64,000 nt of DNA, from the NCBI GenBank assembly GCA_963747695.1, contig CAVVFV010000008.1, positions 11,592 to 75,591 of the forward strand, in the 5' to 3' direction. The number at the start of each line of letters is the position of its first letter. Within the stretch, counting starts at the first letter, position 1. The notes under the pieces were generated by a model. The model was not told where the DNA came from, searched no databases, and saw nothing but the letters and a program-made list of their open reading frames with translations. A program made the position numbers and the translations under genes. Shown here piece by piece: positions 27,236-36,530 of the stretch. This stretch comes from Candidatus Falkowbacteria bacterium (GTDB taxonomy: Bacteria; Patescibacteriota; Patescibacteriia; Patescibacteriales; WJLG01).

Positions 27236-28504
27236 TTAAATTTTCCATTTTGACGGCAAAAATATCTTCACGTGGCTGGGAAATGGCGTCAGCCTTTTTA
27301 TCCTGTCCCCCTGGATTATTTTTAAATAATGGCAATTTGAGAGATTATCATAAATTTCCGTCGCATTCCCGGCCCAGAGCGACAAGCTGTAATCCCCGGG
27401 GGAGAGATAGAAATTGGGAATGGAAACGGTAACGAAATATCGCCCTTCTTTAATTCCGGAAATTAAGAAACCATCATCTTCGTTGGTGAGATGAGAAATT
27501 GAAGATTGATAAATGTCCAAGATTTCCAGGCTCATTTGAATATTTTTCAGATCCTGATGAAAGGCGATTTCAATCTGAACATTTACCGTATCACCCATAT
27601 AAAAAGAATCATTTTCTTTTTTTCCGTCATTGAGAAGCTTGACGCCTTTAAATTCCATTTTGCCGTTGCCGTTGCGCCTTTTTTCGGAATCTTTGAAAAT
27701 AGTCAATTCATCCTTTTTATTATTTTCATCCAAATAATACTCGATGACATCGTCGGTATTCCCGATCATTTTTATACTGCCGCTGTCCAGCAGGATAGTT
27801 TTTTTGCAGAGCTGTTTTATCGCTCCCAGGTTATGGCTGACGAACAAAATAGTTCTGCCGTCTTGATTCGTGATCTCGCCCATCTTGCCCAAGCATTTTT
27901 TTTGAAAATCCGCATCGCCGACCGCGAGCACTTCGTCAACGATCAGAATATCCGGTTCCATGTGGGCGGCGACGGAAAAAGCCAAGCGGACGTACATACC
28001 GGAAGAAAAATATTTTACCGGTGTATCCAAAAATTTTTTCACGCCGGAGAATTCGACGATTTGATCGAATTTTTGGGCGATTTCCTGGCGTGACATTCCC
28101 AAGATTGCGCCGTTTAAAAAGATATTTTCCCGGCCGGTGAGTTCAGGATGAAAACCGGTGCCGACTTCCAATAAACTGCCGACCCGGCCGTTCAAGATTA
28201 TTTCGCCTTCGGTCGGCGGGGTGATTTGGGAGAGGATTTTCAAGAGGGTGGATTTGCCGGCGCCGTTATGGCCGATGATGCCGATCACCTCGCCCTTTTC
28301 CACGGTGAAATTAATATTTTTCAACGCCCAAAATTCTTCCTTAGTTTCCAACCCGGCCATTGCCTTGGTTTTTTTAATCAAAAATCTCCAAGGAGACCTC
28401 AGGATGTTCGCCAGGACGTCGCGCAAGGCGATATATTTGCCCTTTTGATGGGTAATATTATATTTTTTGCCTATATTTTTTACTTCGATTATCGGCGTAG
28501 ACAT
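27236..28504 (-). CDS. wzt: Polysaccharide ABC exporter ATP-binding protein with a C-terminal glycan-binding-type domain
   Basis: Walker A GHNGAGKST, signature FSSGMYVRLAF and Walker B ILIVDEVLAVGD. A beta-rich tail of about 170 aa follows. Confidence 0.85.
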   Translation of the reverse strand: MSTPIIEVKNIGKKYNITHQKGKYIALRDVLANILRSPWRFLIKKTKAMAGLETKEEFWALKNINFTVEKGEVIGIIGHNGAGKSTLLKILSQITPPTEGEIILNGRVGSLLEVGTGFHPELTGRENIFLNGAILGMSRQEIAQKFDQIVEFSGVKKFLDTPVKYFSSGMYVRLAFSVAAHMEPDILIVDEVLAVGDADFQKKCLGKMGEITNQDGRTILFVSHNLGAIKQLCKKTILLDSGSIKMIGNTDDVIEYYLDENNKKDELTIFKDSEKRRNGNGKMEFKGVKLLNDGKKENDSFYMGDTVNVQIEIAFHQDLKNIQMSLEILDIYQSSISHLTNEDDGFLISGIKEGRYFVTVSIPNFYLSPGDYSLSLWAGNATEIYDNLSNCHYLKIIQGDRIKRLTPFPSHVKIFLPSKWKI

Positions 28505-28508
28505 AAAA

Positions 28509-29327
28509 TTAAATTATATCGGCGAAGAACCTTTCGGTCTTTTTAAAGATATAGATGCCGGCAATAAGAATGACGGTGCAGGAGGTGAAAGAGATCGCGA
28601 CGAGCAGCCAGTTGATCGGGGCATTGCCTAAAATAGCCGCCTGCGCCGCCTTAATAACGCCAGTCATCGGATTAATCGAAAGAAGCCAGGCTTTTTTCCC
28701 CGCGATGCTGGCTGGATAGATGACCGGCGTGACGTAAAGCAGAATTTGGATGAAGAAAGGCAGGGCGTAGCGGACATCGCGATATTTTACGTTGATAGCC
28801 GCCAAGATCAGCCCGCCGCCTAAGGCAGCCATAAAAGAGATCAGGATTAAAAGCGGCAAGATCAACAGGCCGATCAAGTGCGGAGTAAAATGATAATAGA
28901 ACATCATGCCGACTAAGATTACGGCCGAGACGGCAAAATCGACGAACTTAGTGATGATCGTCGAAATCGGCAGGATCAGACGCGGGAAATAAACCTTAGT
29001 GATAATCGCCTGATTGCCAACCATTGAAACGCTGGCATCGGATAAGGCCGTGGAAAAAAATTGCCAGATCAGGAGACCGACGTAGACGAAGATCGGATAG
29101 GGGACATTATCGGACGGAACTTTAATCAGAGCGCCGAAAAAGACACTGAAAACGACCATAGTAATGAAAGGCTGGAAAATCGCCCAGCCCACGCCGATGG
29201 CTGTCTGTTTATAGCGGACTTTTAAATCGCGCCAGGCCAAAAAATAAATCAGCTCGCGATATTGCCAGAGCTCTTTCAAATCGTTCCAACTAATAATTTT
29301 TTTTGGTCTGATGATCGTTTGTGCCAT
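28509..29327 (-). CDS. wzm: ABC-2 type polysaccharide exporter permease
   Basis: Six predicted TM helices. It lies directly upstream of wzt. Confidence 0.8.
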   Translation of the reverse strand: MAQTIIRPKKIISWNDLKELWQYRELIYFLAWRDLKVRYKQTAIGVGWAIFQPFITMVVFSVFFGALIKVPSDNVPYPIFVYVGLLIWQFFSTALSDASVSMVGNQAIITKVYFPRLILPISTIITKFVDFAVSAVILVGMMFYYHFTPHLIGLLILPLLILISFMAALGGGLILAAINVKYRDVRYALPFFIQILLYVTPVIYPASIAGKKAWLLSINPMTGVIKAAQAAILGNAPINWLLVAISFTSCTVILIAGIYIFKKTERFFADII

Positions 29328-29328
29328 A

Positions 29329-29577
29329 TTACCAAGTCTTAATTTTTTCCTTAGTGGTTTTTTTAAGCTGTTGATACGACTCGACAGCCTGCCGTTCGAT
29401 CTCCGGAGAAATGAGTCTGAGGATTTCTTTGCCCATAATCCGGTATTGCCGGCCGATTTTATTAGCTCGAATCAGGCCCTTTTTCAAAAGCCTTTTCATG
29501 GTGCTGCCGCTGATTTTTAGGAGTTGCTGGGTCTCAGCAGTGGTATAAACCTCATTTTCATTTATCTCGTTGTTCAT
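29329..29577 (-). CDS. Excisionase-family helix-turn-helix DNA-binding protein
   Basis: YTTAETQQLLKISGSTMKRLLKKGLIRANKIGRQYRI. I prefer the ATG at 29577. Its stop lies 1 nt from the wzm start. Confidence 0.65.
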   Translation of the reverse strand: MNNEINENEVYTTAETQQLLKISGSTMKRLLKKGLIRANKIGRQYRIMGKEILRLISPEIERQAVESYQQLKKTTKEKIKTW

Positions 29578-29583
29578 GTTTTT

Positions 29584-29589
29584 ATTATA
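29584..29589 (-). promoter_or_regulatory. Candidate -10 box (TATAAT) giving a near-leaderless HTH transcript
   Basis: The minus strand reads AGATATAAT-AAAAAC-ATG. Confidence 0.35.
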
Positions 29590-29687
29590 TCTTAAGGGGT
29601 TATTAGGTGTCAATAAGTAGTAAGAAAGTTGAAAAAAGGCGATGTCCGGTGTATGATTATATTTGATAATCATGTGACTTAGCCGGC

Positions 29688-30659
29688 ATGTTCAAGATTA
29701 ACTTGCCCACTAAAGCTAATTTGATGAGTAGAGTTTTAGCAAAAATTAAAGCGAGTCTTAAATTTGCCCGTCACGAGGTCCGAATAGTTTTGGCGCGGAT
29801 AAAAGGCCGCTACGGGAAAAAAATTTTTTCCGGATCGAAAGGAAATGAGCTGATCGCCATAGCTTTGACCGGTCAGGCGCCTTTTATGGCCGCCAGAATC
29901 GGCAGCGGGGAACTCGAATGTATAAGTTTTTATTTTAAAAATAGAAAGACGGCCAAAGTTCCCTATCCCGAGGAAATAAAAAAGAAGATGCATGATAATG
30001 CCGGATTTTTTCCGGCTGATGATGAGAGTCTTGATAAGTTTAGTGAAATTTTTCTTGAAAGTTTAAAAAAAACCGACTTGTTGGCGGTTTGGTTTAATCA
30101 AAACGAGGATCTTATTTGCCGCGAGTTTTGTCCAGGCGCCCAATTTTCGGAACTGAAAAGTTTAGAGCCGTATTACTGGCCCAAGCCTTGGAGTGCGGCA
30201 TTGGCCGGGAAGAAAGTCCTGGTGGTCCATCCGTTTGTCCAAACCATCTCCAGTCAATATCAGAATAAGCGCAAATTGATTTTTGCCAACCCCGCGGTTT
30301 TACCAAAATTTACGCTAAAGACGGTGCGGACTGTCCTATCGCTGGGAGATGAAAAAACTCAATTTACAGATTGGTTCGCGGCCTTGGCGAGCATGGAAAA
30401 AGCGATTGCCGCCGAGGATTTTGACGTCGCGATCATCGGCGCCGGCGCTTATGGCTTGCCGCTCGCGGCTTATGTCAAAAGTTTGGGCAAGCAAGCCGTC
30501 CATATGGGCGGCGCAACCCAGATCCTTTTCGGAATCAAGGGCAAGAGATGGGATAAAGCGCCGTTTATTTCCCGTTTATATAATGAAAATTGGGTCAGGC
30601 CGACGGCTGAGGAAACGCCGCGGGGAGCGGAAAAAGTCGAAGGCGCTACTTATTGGTGA
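29688..30659 (+). CDS. Hypothetical protein, possible GT-D-like glycosyltransferase
   Basis: ARIGSGELECISFY loosely resembles the DUF1792 R-x-GDGE motif. This call is weak. Confidence 0.35.
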   Translation: MFKINLPTKANLMSRVLAKIKASLKFARHEVRIVLARIKGRYGKKIFSGSKGNELIAIALTGQAPFMAARIGSGELECISFYFKNRKTAKVPYPEEIKKKMHDNAGFFPADDESLDKFSEIFLESLKKTDLLAVWFNQNEDLICREFCPGAQFSELKSLEPYYWPKPWSAALAGKKVLVVHPFVQTISSQYQNKRKLIFANPAVLPKFTLKTVRTVLSLGDEKTQFTDWFAALASMEKAIAAEDFDVAIIGAGAYGLPLAAYVKSLGKQAVHMGGATQILFGIKGKRWDKAPFISRLYNENWVRPTAEETPRGAEKVEGATYW

Positions 30660-30675
30660 ACGATATCTTAGAGAG

Positions 30676-31449
30676 TTATTTAGTGAACCAAAAACAGCCG
30701 CAGCCGAAAATTAGATTTTTTACCAATGCCGGATCGGCATTTTTTATTAGGCCGACTTCTTTCCAGTTGTCAGCGACGAGAGAAAATTCTTTAAGTTTCA
30801 GATCTTGAAAATATTCCCTGATCTGTTCGTAACTATAAATACGATGGGCGTTGAATTGCAAGCGCGGCTGGCCGACCGGTACGACGAAAAGTAAATTACC
30901 ACCGGGTTTTAGCACGCGGATCAATTCTTTCATCGCCGCCAGATCGCCGTCCGGATTGAGCGGATCGCCGTAACGGCCCAAACCGACATGTTCTACCACA
31001 TGCATGCATGACAAGGATTCCATGCTATTGTCGGCGAACGGCAAGGCGAGCAAATCGGCCTGACCGCTGGTTAAATTGGAAAGCTTCAGGTCGGCAGGAC
31101 GGTAATCGTAAAATTTTACCGGCACAAAAGCGGATACCAGGGTGGAAAAATGAAGAACCGAAGATATATCGATGTGCAGTGCCGGTTTGGTTTGGGCGAT
31201 AATTCTGGCGGCCCAGGCCGGATGATAGGTGTAATGCGGCTCAAAATCGGAAGTGGCGGTTTTTTCATCCAACAACGGCCGGACATTGCTGGAGTAAAAA
31301 GCAAAACGCTTATTTTTGTCCAAAGCGCGAAAAGCCCGGATCTCGCCGATAAAGAGAAAATACTTCGGGAGATGAGAAATTTTTTTGATTATTTCTTTAA
31401 CTTCCTTTTTAATGATTACCTTCGATTCCTCGAGGAGTAAAGTGAGCAT
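30676..31449 (-). CDS. SAM-dependent methyltransferase (DUF268-like)
   Basis: VEHVGLGRYGDPLNPDGD...LKPGGNLLFVVP. Confidence 0.65.
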   Translation of the reverse strand: MLTLLLEESKVIIKKEVKEIIKKISHLPKYFLFIGEIRAFRALDKNKRFAFYSSNVRPLLDEKTATSDFEPHYTYHPAWAARIIAQTKPALHIDISSVLHFSTLVSAFVPVKFYDYRPADLKLSNLTSGQADLLALPFADNSMESLSCMHVVEHVGLGRYGDPLNPDGDLAAMKELIRVLKPGGNLLFVVPVGQPRLQFNAHRIYSYEQIREYFQDLKLKEFSLVADNWKEVGLIKNADPALVKNLIFGCGCFWFTK

Positions 31450-31536
31450 ATTTAGTGGTTGATCGCCGCAAGCGAATTAATAATTGATAAACGTGGCTGA
31501 TTGTTAGCTGACCAGGGAATAATTAATCGGCACTAA

Positions 31537-32334
31537 CTATTTTTCCAATTCGGCAGTAAGCTCGGCAAGCAGCTCATCGTAAATTTTTTGTCCGTAGTGG
31601 TAAGGGAATTTATCGACCGGATTATATTCCGCCGGACTTCCGCAGATGATATTTTTGACAAAAGTTTTCTGCGCCGCTAACTTAAGCATCACTTCCCTGA
31701 TCTTCCGCGACCGCTCAAGATATTTTTCCCGTTTTTCCAATTCATCCGGATAATGGATAAAGAAAATCATTATGCCGGGATATTTTTTACTCGCCCAATC
31801 AAAAAAGGCTGTGTAATATTTTTCCAGGTCCAGTAGTGGCAGCATGCCCGAAGCAGAGAAGGTATGGTTGAAATTTTCGTCGTGGACGAGATCGTTCCAG
31901 AAGCAAGTGAACGACCAGCCTTCGTTTTTGTGAGTGAATTTCTTATCAGTCAGTTCGGCGAAGGAATCCATCACCAAATATTTCACCGGACGTTTATTGG
32001 CGAGCCAAGGCAATTTTTCCTGTTGCTTGATGATTTCGTTAAGATCGCTTCGGCGGAGCCGGAAATATTTGATGATCTCCGCGGTTTTCGGCCGCGGCGC
32101 GCCGTTGACGCAATCCAGAAAAGTATCAACGCGGGTTTTCTGCTGGTTGATCACCAGGAAATTATGATGTTTATTCAGCCATGACCGCAGCAACTTATTG
32201 CCCAGGCAGGCATTTCGGCCGAGAATAACCGTTTTTTTATCAAAAGGATTATGATAAACGAACGCATTCCGAAGGTTCGCCAGCTTGATGGCCAGCCCAA
32301 GAGAAAAATATTTCTTTAGTTTATTTTTCATCAT
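31537..32334 (-). CDS. Hypothetical protein
   Basis: A long ORF in a coding-dense locus with no recognised motif. Confidence 0.45.
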   Translation of the reverse strand: MMKNKLKKYFSLGLAIKLANLRNAFVYHNPFDKKTVILGRNACLGNKLLRSWLNKHHNFLVINQQKTRVDTFLDCVNGAPRPKTAEIIKYFRLRRSDLNEIIKQQEKLPWLANKRPVKYLVMDSFAELTDKKFTHKNEGWSFTCFWNDLVHDENFNHTFSASGMLPLLDLEKYYTAFFDWASKKYPGIMIFFIHYPDELEKREKYLERSRKIREVMLKLAAQKTFVKNIICGSPAEYNPVDKFPYHYGQKIYDELLAELTAELEK

Positions 32335-32482
32335 CGTTTTATTATCAAGCGAAGCGAGCGAAATGATCTCGCGCCTCGCCGGGATCGTTTCCGAGCGAGC
32401 GCAGAGAAAATACTCCGTCCGCTTGCGGCGGAGACACCTGCCAGAAAGATGGGGCGAGTGCTCGCCCTGCGGTTGATACCAT

Positions 32483-32941
32483 TCATTCTGTTAGAGCCGC
32501 TTGTTCACTGACTGTTTCCGGCGCTGGTTCCTGCCGGCGCGGGGTGTATACATAATATTTATATAAGAAGAAATTCCAGGAAACCGCCAGGATGATCGAG
32601 CTAAGGCGAACCAGGCGATAATCGTATTTTAACAGATGATTGAAGAGGTACATCGCGCCGACAGCGAAACAGTAATTATAAGCGACGACGATGCCGAAGC
32701 GGATGAGCTGATGATGGGTCAGGGGGTTACCTTTGAATGACCAATATTTATTCAAAAGAAAGACGTAAACCAAAATAAAAATCTGATTGGCGACGACCGC
32801 GACAAAAGCCGGCCAATGCCAGACTTCTTTGAGGAAGATCAGACTGCCCATATCCAAAACGACGGCGCTCGTGCCGACGATGAAGTATTTGACGAATTGC
32901 CGGCGCATCGACCAGAAGAAATTGAAAGTTTTTTTGAGCAT
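32483..32941 (-). CDS. GtrA-family membrane protein
   Basis: 152 aa with four TM helices. The FVKYFIVGTSAVVLD start is typical of GtrA-like proteins. Confidence 0.7.
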   Translation of the reverse strand: MLKKTFNFFWSMRRQFVKYFIVGTSAVVLDMGSLIFLKEVWHWPAFVAVVANQIFILVYVFLLNKYWSFKGNPLTHHQLIRFGIVVAYNYCFAVGAMYLFNHLLKYDYRLVRLSSIILAVSWNFFLYKYYVYTPRRQEPAPETVSEQAALTE

Positions 32942-32988
32942 TTCAGGAATTAATTTAATTAATATAGTCGGGAATAGACCCTCCCCGT

Positions 32989-33025
32989 CAGGCCGAGGCG
33001 GCCTGCCACCCCTCCCGAGGAGGGG
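32989..33025. repeat. Stand-alone GC-rich twin hairpin
   Basis: CAGGCCG-AGG-CGGCCTG followed by CCCCTCC-CGA-GGAGGGG. The same design forms the cores inside the elements at 36531, 48799, 53133 and 54294. Confidence 0.8.
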
Positions 33026-33032
33026 ACGAAAA

Positions 33033-33962
33033 TTATTCCAGGTTATCTAAATACCATCGGTAATAAGATTTTAATCCGTCGGCTAAATTTATTTTATGTT
33101 GCCAGCCGAGCTGATGCAAGCGGGAAACATCCAGCAGTTTGCGGGGCGTTCCATCGGGCTTGGTTTTGTCCCAAGAGATATCACCCGAGAAGCCGGTGAT
33201 CTTTTTGATCAGTTCGACGATTTCTTTGATGGAAAGATCTTCGCCCGTGCCGATATTGACGATTTCGCTGTTGTCATAATTATTCATTAAAAAAACGCAG
33301 GCGTCGGCCAGATCATCGACGTGGAGAAATTCCCGTTTGGCCTTTCCCGTTCCCCACACCACGACTTTTTTATCTCCGCGGATCTTAGCTTCATGAAATT
33401 TGCGCAATAATGCCGGCAGGACGTGAGAGTTCTGCAAATCGAAGTTATCGTTAGGGCCGTAAAGATTAGTGGGCATCACGGAAATGAAATTGGTGCCGTA
33501 TTGTCGGTTATAGGATTGGCAAGTGATGATGCCGGCGATTTTGGCGATCGCATAAGGCTTGTTGGTTTCTTCCAATGGTCCGGATAAAAGATATTCTTCT
33601 TTGATCGGCTGTTTGGCGTCGCGCGGATAAATACAGGAACTGCCGAGAAATAATAATTTTTTCACGCTGTTTAGTTGAGACTCGCGGATGACATTGTTCT
33701 GGACGGTTAAATTTTCATAAATGAAATCGGCCGGATAAGTCTGATTGGCGACGATGCCGCCGACTTTGGCGGCGGCGAGAAAGACGTATTCCGGCTTTTC
33801 GGTTTGGAAAAATTCCGCTACGGCATGCTGGTCGAGCAAATCAAGTTCTTGCCTGGTTTTCAAAACCAAATTGCCAAATCCTTCCGTTTGTATTTTTCGG
33901 ACAATAGCTGAACCGACCAAGCCGTTGTGACCAGCGACATAAATAGATGAGTTTTTATTCAT
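33033..33962 (-). CDS. fcl: GDP-L-fucose synthase
   Basis: [21 protein letters not shown] (YxxxK) and NLYGPNDNF motifs. Confidence 0.9.
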   Translation of the reverse strand: MNKNSSIYVAGHNGLVGSAIVRKIQTEGFGNLVLKTRQELDLLDQHAVAEFFQTEKPEYVFLAAAKVGGIVANQTYPADFIYENLTVQNNVIRESQLNSVKKLLFLGSSCIYPRDAKQPIKEEYLLSGPLEETNKPYAIAKIAGIITCQSYNRQYGTNFISVMPTNLYGPNDNFDLQNSHVLPALLRKFHEAKIRGDKKVVVWGTGKAKREFLHVDDLADACVFLMNNYDNSEIVNIGTGEDLSIKEIVELIKKITGFSGDISWDKTKPDGTPRKLLDVSRLHQLGWQHKINLADGLKSYYRWYLDNLE

Positions 33963-33977
33963 ATAAATTTAGCGGCA

Positions 33978-34065
33978 AATATCCAATATCAAATAACTAA
34001 TATCAAAAAAATATTAAAATATTTAATTATTTTTTAAAATATTGGTTATTTGATCTTGGATATTT
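33978..34065. repeat. Intercistronic palindrome, CCAATAT-word family, 'empty'
   Basis: AAATATCCAATATCAAATAACTAATATC... pairs with ...ATATTGGTTATTTGATCTTGGATATTT. It lies between the gmd stop and the fcl start. Confidence 0.85.
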
Positions 34066-35103
34066 TTAACCGCCGGCACTTTCTTGCTTTAAATCCTTGA
34101 CACACATCTCCTTGATCAACTCGGTGAAAGATACTTGCGGTGCCCAGCCTAATTTGGTTTTGGCTTTGGTCGGGTCGCCGAGGAGGATGTCGACTTCGGT
34201 CGGGCGGAAATATTTAGGATCAATTTCGATAATTATTTTACCGGTTTTTTTATCCAGGCCTTTTTCGTTGACGCCTTGGCCTTGCCAGACAAGCTGGATG
34301 TCGAAGTGAGCGGCGGCTTTCTCGGCGAATTCGCGGACCGTGTGGGTTTCGCCGGTCGCCAAAAGATAATCATCCGGCGCTTCGGCTTGGAGCATTAGCC
34401 ACATACCGCGGACATAATCTTGGGCATGGCCCCAGTCGCGCTGGGCGTCGAGATTGCCCAAAAATAATTTTTGTTCTTTGCCTAATTTGATCCGGGCGAG
34501 TCCCCGAGTGATTTTGCGGGTGACGAAAGTTTCGCCGCGGCGGGGAGATTCATGATTGAATAAGATCCCGTTGACGGCAAACATATTGTAAGCCTCACGG
34601 TAATTTCTGGTGATCCAGTAAGCGAAAACTTTGGCTACTCCGTAAGGCGAGCGGGGATAGAAAGGCGAGGTTTCTTTGAGGGGAATTTCCGCGGCCTTGC
34701 CGAACATCTCGCTGGAAGAAGCTTGATAAAATTTGGTCTTAATCCTGGACTCGCGGATGGCATCAAGCAAGCGCAAGGCGCCGAGGCCGGTGACATCGGC
34801 GGTGTATTCCGGCATATCGAAAGAAACGCGGACATGGCTTTGCGCGCCCAGGTTATAAATTTCATCCGGCTGGATTTTCTCCAGCAGGCGGCTCAAGTTG
34901 CTCGAATCGGAAAGATCGCCGAAATGCAAGAATAATTTGACGCCATTGATGTGCGGATCAGTATAAAGATGGTCGATGCGGCCGGTATTGAAAGTGCTGG
35001 CGCGGCGGATCAAACCGTGGACTTCATACCCCTTTTCCAATAATAACTCCGCCAAATAGGAGCCGTCTTGTCCGGTAATGCCGGTGATCAGTGCCTTTTT
35101 CAT
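34066..35103 (-). CDS. gmd: GDP-mannose 4,6-dehydratase
   Basis: [23 protein letters not shown] and [10 protein letters not shown] motifs. Confidence 0.92.
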   Translation of the reverse strand: MKKALITGITGQDGSYLAELLLEKGYEVHGLIRRASTFNTGRIDHLYTDPHINGVKLFLHFGDLSDSSNLSRLLEKIQPDEIYNLGAQSHVRVSFDMPEYTADVTGLGALRLLDAIRESRIKTKFYQASSSEMFGKAAEIPLKETSPFYPRSPYGVAKVFAYWITRNYREAYNMFAVNGILFNHESPRRGETFVTRKITRGLARIKLGKEQKLFLGNLDAQRDWGHAQDYVRGMWLMLQAEAPDDYLLATGETHTVREFAEKAAAHFDIQLVWQGQGVNEKGLDKKTGKIIIEIDPKYFRPTEVDILLGDPTKAKTKLGWAPQVSFTELIKEMCVKDLKQESAGG

Positions 35104-35107
35104 AATT

Positions 35108-35157
35108 TGATGCGAATGCCGCGAATTAGTCGCGAATGCCGCGAAAATCGCGAATAA
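35108..35157. repeat. Solo arm (half element) of the CGAATGC/ATTCGC family
   Basis: TGATGCGAATGCCGCGAATTAGTCGCGAATGCCGCGAAAATCGCGAATAA lies 4 nt upstream of the gmd start in gene orientation. Confidence 0.65.
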
Positions 35158-35165
35158 TATTTATT

Positions 35166-36524
35166 TTATCTGCCGGCTCGAGATAAAACCGTGGAAATCG
35201 TTTTTAAGATGATTGATAAGTCCAGATAGATCGAGCGGTTTTTTACATAATACAGATCGTACTGTAATTTTTTCATCGTATCGGCAAAAGAAGGCGAATG
35301 GTATTCCCCGGAAATTTGGTCGCAACCGGTGACGCCCGGTTTGACCAGCATCCGCTCGCGGTAAAAAGGGATTTGTTTTTCCAGCTCAGTGATCAATTCC
35401 GGCCGTTCGGGGCGCGGGCCGACAAAACTCATTTCGCCTCTGATAATATTGAGCACCTGGGGAATTTCGTCCAGGCGGGTTTTGCGCAAGAACGAACCGA
35501 AGCGGGTAATGCGGCTGTCATTGACCGCGGTCGGGGAGTGGTCGTTATTTTCGGTTTTCATCGTGCGGAATTTGATGATCCGGAAATTTTTTCCCCGTTC
35601 GCCGGTCCGCGTTTCCAGAAAAAATACCGGGCCGCGGCTTTCCAATTTGACGATCAAGCCGATGATCAGCCAGAAAATTAAGCTGACCAGGAAGATCAGG
35701 AGCGACAAGATAAGATCAGACGTCCGTTTGAACAGATCGAAGTCTCTCTTGTTGCCTTCGTTCAGATTTTCCAAAAACCACATCTTGTTGATTTCCTCCA
35801 GAGGGATTTTGCCGGCGATGTTTTCATAAAAATCAACCAAGTTGATAAAAGTGATTTTTAACGGCAGGCATTCGAAAAGCAAAGCGCGCAATTCCTGCGA
35901 ATCGGGCGCCGTGGCAAGTATGACATTATTGATTTTTCTTTTTTCGATCAAAGCCGGCAGGTCATTGAGATTGGAAAAGATCGGCGTGCCGTTCAATTCT
36001 TTGCTGTTTGTTTTTTCGTCCAGGATGAAAGACAAAGAAAAACCCAGCTGCGGCTTTTGTTTCAACTCGGCCGAGATTTCTTCAACCAAGTGATTTTGGC
36101 CGATGATCGCCAGATTGACGCGGGGCAGATATGATTTGAGCAGGGAATTCAGAGAGCGGCGCCAAATGATGAACAGGGCGGCGAAGACAACGATGAAAAT
36201 CGCCAAATTGGTTTTGGGAGTCAGTTTGTCGTGAGGGAAAAGATAAAAATAAACGATCGATAAAAGCGCCGCAATAATAAAACTTTGGCCGACTCGCTGA
36301 AAGAATTGAGCGTTGTTGACCGCTTGGCGCAGATCGTAAAGATTGGAAATGTAAAAAGCGATCAGCCAAAAAACAAAAACCACCAGGAATGATTCCCAGA
36401 GCTTTTGATAGGTTTCGGCGCCCGGCAAAGTCAGATAGCGGAGCCAGAGTGTCAGAAACAGGGCCAGCTGCATGACGATCAGATCGCCCAACAGGATAAG
36501 GAAATTTTTAAATCGATTGCTCAT
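35166..36524 (-). CDS. Polyprenyl-phosphate glycosyl-1-phosphate transferase (WbaP/exopolysaccharide initiating enzyme type)
   Basis: N-terminal TM block, then a bacterial sugar-transferase domain with KFRTM, DEIPQ and GEMSFVGPRP. Confidence 0.85.
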   Translation of the reverse strand: MSNRFKNFLILLGDLIVMQLALFLTLWLRYLTLPGAETYQKLWESFLVVFVFWLIAFYISNLYDLRQAVNNAQFFQRVGQSFIIAALLSIVYFYLFPHDKLTPKTNLAIFIVVFAALFIIWRRSLNSLLKSYLPRVNLAIIGQNHLVEEISAELKQKPQLGFSLSFILDEKTNSKELNGTPIFSNLNDLPALIEKRKINNVILATAPDSQELRALLFECLPLKITFINLVDFYENIAGKIPLEEINKMWFLENLNEGNKRDFDLFKRTSDLILSLLIFLVSLIFWLIIGLIVKLESRGPVFFLETRTGERGKNFRIIKFRTMKTENNDHSPTAVNDSRITRFGSFLRKTRLDEIPQVLNIIRGEMSFVGPRPERPELITELEKQIPFYRERMLVKPGVTGCDQISGEYHSPSFADTMKKLQYDLYYVKNRSIYLDLSIILKTISTVLSRAGR

Positions 36525-36530
36525 AAAAAA

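Noticed and set aside
29329-29577. Prophage or integrative element suggested by the excisionase-family HTH.
   Set aside because: There is no integrase, no phage structural genes and no att-like direct repeats. The gene is embedded in, and translationally adjacent to, the wzm-wzt operon.
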